DNA of 64,000 nt from Flaccisagitta enflata (taxonomy: Eukaryota). A model generated the notes under the pieces. That model searched no databases. It was not told the origin of the DNA and saw nothing but the letters and a program-made list of their open reading frames with translations. The translations under genes were made by a program, and so were the position numbers. The first letter of the stretch is position 1. Every line of letters begins with the position of its first letter. The stretch lies in assembly GCA_965153355.1 (NCBI GenBank), contig OZ231126.1, positions 16,926,001 to 16,990,000 on the forward strand, given 5' to 3'. Of the stretch, positions 61,729 to 64,000 are shown piece after piece.

Positions 61729-61922
61729 CAAAAAGACTTTGTAAGACTTTTTAAAAAAAATATCACAATAGCAAGCTATTCCCAAAAATTTTTTACTATA
61801 ATTCATTTAACTTAACTAACCAGAGTCGACGGGGAGACGAAACTTACAGACGGACGAATATTGCGTTTTTTTATTGTGTGTTTTTTTTTTTCAGTCTTAC
61901 AGGGTGTTTTTCTTCATTCAAA

Positions 61923-63754
61923 ATGGATATAACTACAAAATCTAACTACAATAGCTCAAGTAGCGACAGATATACTTTACATATAAGCAACATAAGTACA
62001 GAACAGCAACTAATGGACAGTCATCAAAGTAGTGCCAACTCATTCACTGCTTTAATCCAGCCTCCTTTAGATCTAAATAACCTAATGTATCTGAGAGCAC
62101 ACGACACTGACTTGAAACTGGAAAACCTCAACATAGACTCTGTACCTTTAATTTTCCAAAAAAACAACTCCGAAATAATCAAAACTAAACTTGTAATCGA
62201 CTCTAGTCTCTGCAGAGATAATTTTATAGTGGATAAAGATGAGTTACACGAGGAAAACCAAAAACAATTGGAAGTTGCTTTAGATGATTTTCATACACTG
62301 CAGCCATCTAAGGCTTTAAACTTTCTCAATGAAATTCTTGAAAACTCATCTAACTTGTTTATCATAAAACGCTATTTAGAGGTCGTTGCAGACGACAACA
62401 GCATATTTCAAAACCAAATTTTTGAAGGATTGTCTGCTGACAAGTCAATAGATGAGGATATCACAACTCATGATCTAAATATGATTTTCCGGTATACGGA
62501 AATAGCTCTTTTTGCGAGAATCGAAATTTCAAAACATCTTAATATGCTCACCCACCCACCCGTCCCTCCAAGCAAAAGCCCCACAAGGAAATTAACAGAT
62601 CTTTTAGACCTTCGAATTCCATACCGCTTTGATAACGGTCTCGACCGCACCCGCGAAGAGCGTATTCTTTTCGCATCGAAGGTTTTGAATTCTCCACAAA
62701 AACGTACTCATTACAATGACACGCTTGGAATAAGAACGAGCCCTAGTATCAAACTTATCGATCTTACAAATTATTATGATATAAACTTCAAAAGGTTAAC
62801 TGATAAACAAAAAGAAAAAAAGTCTGATGAGATAAAATCAGCACTACACGCGTGGCTCTCCGTAGCTGGCAAACTAGGAAAACAAGCAAACGGTCAGTTA
62901 ACCGCAGATAACAGACAATATTTGGAAACCTGGCAAAACAGCAATTTGACTATCATAAAAATGGGTAGAAAACTCCTGGAACTTACTTTTAACGCTAAAG
63001 AAAGACAAATGAGACCCAACTCTAAAATATTCAATCGACCTTTTTTGGCATTGAGTCTTGACCGAAGTCATCTTAAATGTCAATTTCATATCAATAGAGA
63101 TAAACTTGTTGATAAATGTAGCCTTACCGTAAAATTCCCTCCATATGCGTCTTATAAATTGGGAAGTTCATTGCAAGAAAATCAAGAAAATGAAAACAAA
63201 ATAAACAAAGTCGTAGTAGGGCCAATAACGCTCACAAAACAATCAAACATTGCAATGTATACTAACATAATAGTTTCAGACCGTCAAAAACTTTTTTCCT
63301 CAATTCGTTTTTCTCCTCAACTACTTTGCGTCAAATCTCCCATATTGGCAGAGACAGCGCGTGAAAGTGAAAGATCAATTCTCTTTAGTTCTGATAGTGA
63401 TTTTATAACATTCTTTCAAATGCCCTTAAAACTTAATAAATACGGGACAAATATCATTTCTACCACCGCGTCACATGGTAAAATCCATCAAGATTTTTTC
63501 AAAGTACATCGTAACCATAACATATTGTCGCAAATCAAAATACGGATCACCGATGAAAATAATATTGATTTTAGGTAAGCTCTCTCAACAAGACCACCCC
63601 ACGGACGGACAGACTTTCAAAATGAATTTTTTTAAAAAACTTCACAAAAAAATGTTTTTTTTTTGCCCCTGTCATTCTCTATAGATTTCCAAGAAATACG
63701 ATGGTTAATTTAGCGTTATGCTTTCGGCCAACTCCTTTATCGATTGATGAATAA
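61923..63754 (+). CDS. Minor capsid (penton)-like protein, 2 exons, 573 aa
   Basis: Exons 61923-63574 and 63685-63754; N-terminal YTLHISN...ANSFTALIQPPLDL..LKLENLNI and C-terminal ILSQIKIRITDENNIDF|RFPRNTMVNLALCFRP match the Polinton/virophage penton jelly-roll pattern. Confidence 0.75.
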
Positions 63755-63821
63755 ACTGTATAAGGATGTAAGCACGGACGTACAGAACTTCACACGGTTT
63801 CGACGCCAGACAATGCGTTGA

Positions 63822-63889
<68 letters not shown>

Positions 63890-64000
63890 ATTTATCATAT
63901 CTGTCGGTCGGTCTGTTGATTTGTTAATTTGATTTGATTGACCTTGTTTACATGTATATAGAATAAAAATTGTTTTTTTATCTGTATTTAGAATGAATAC

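Overview
Microsatellite-rich eukaryotic DNA, probably from an invertebrate animal. Bases ~1-20.9 kb are non-coding host sequence containing MITEs, a decayed Tc1/mariner element with long TIRs, and HINE/DINE-1-like short repeats. From ~21 kb to the window end (>43 kb, right end not reached) lies an unusually large endogenous Maverick/Polinton-like virus whose core genes are split by spliceosomal introns, so the ORF track shows them only as fragments. Manual splicing rebuilds a ~1450-aa protein-primed PolB (14 exons, minus strand, one uncertain junction), a 451-aa DDE integrase (5 exons, one GC-AG intron), a packaging ATPase with Walker A on a separate exon, a 573-aa penton-like minor capsid protein, and several large spliced orphan genes. 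The introns carry host microsatellites and short repeats, yet the exon phases join in frame. At the left end is a compact, intronless cassette of host-like ubiquitin/apoptosis regulators (BIR-RING IAP, SPRY-SOCS-box SPSB). No major capsid protein or protease was recognised in the window. All assignments come from motif recognition by eye; no database searches were run.
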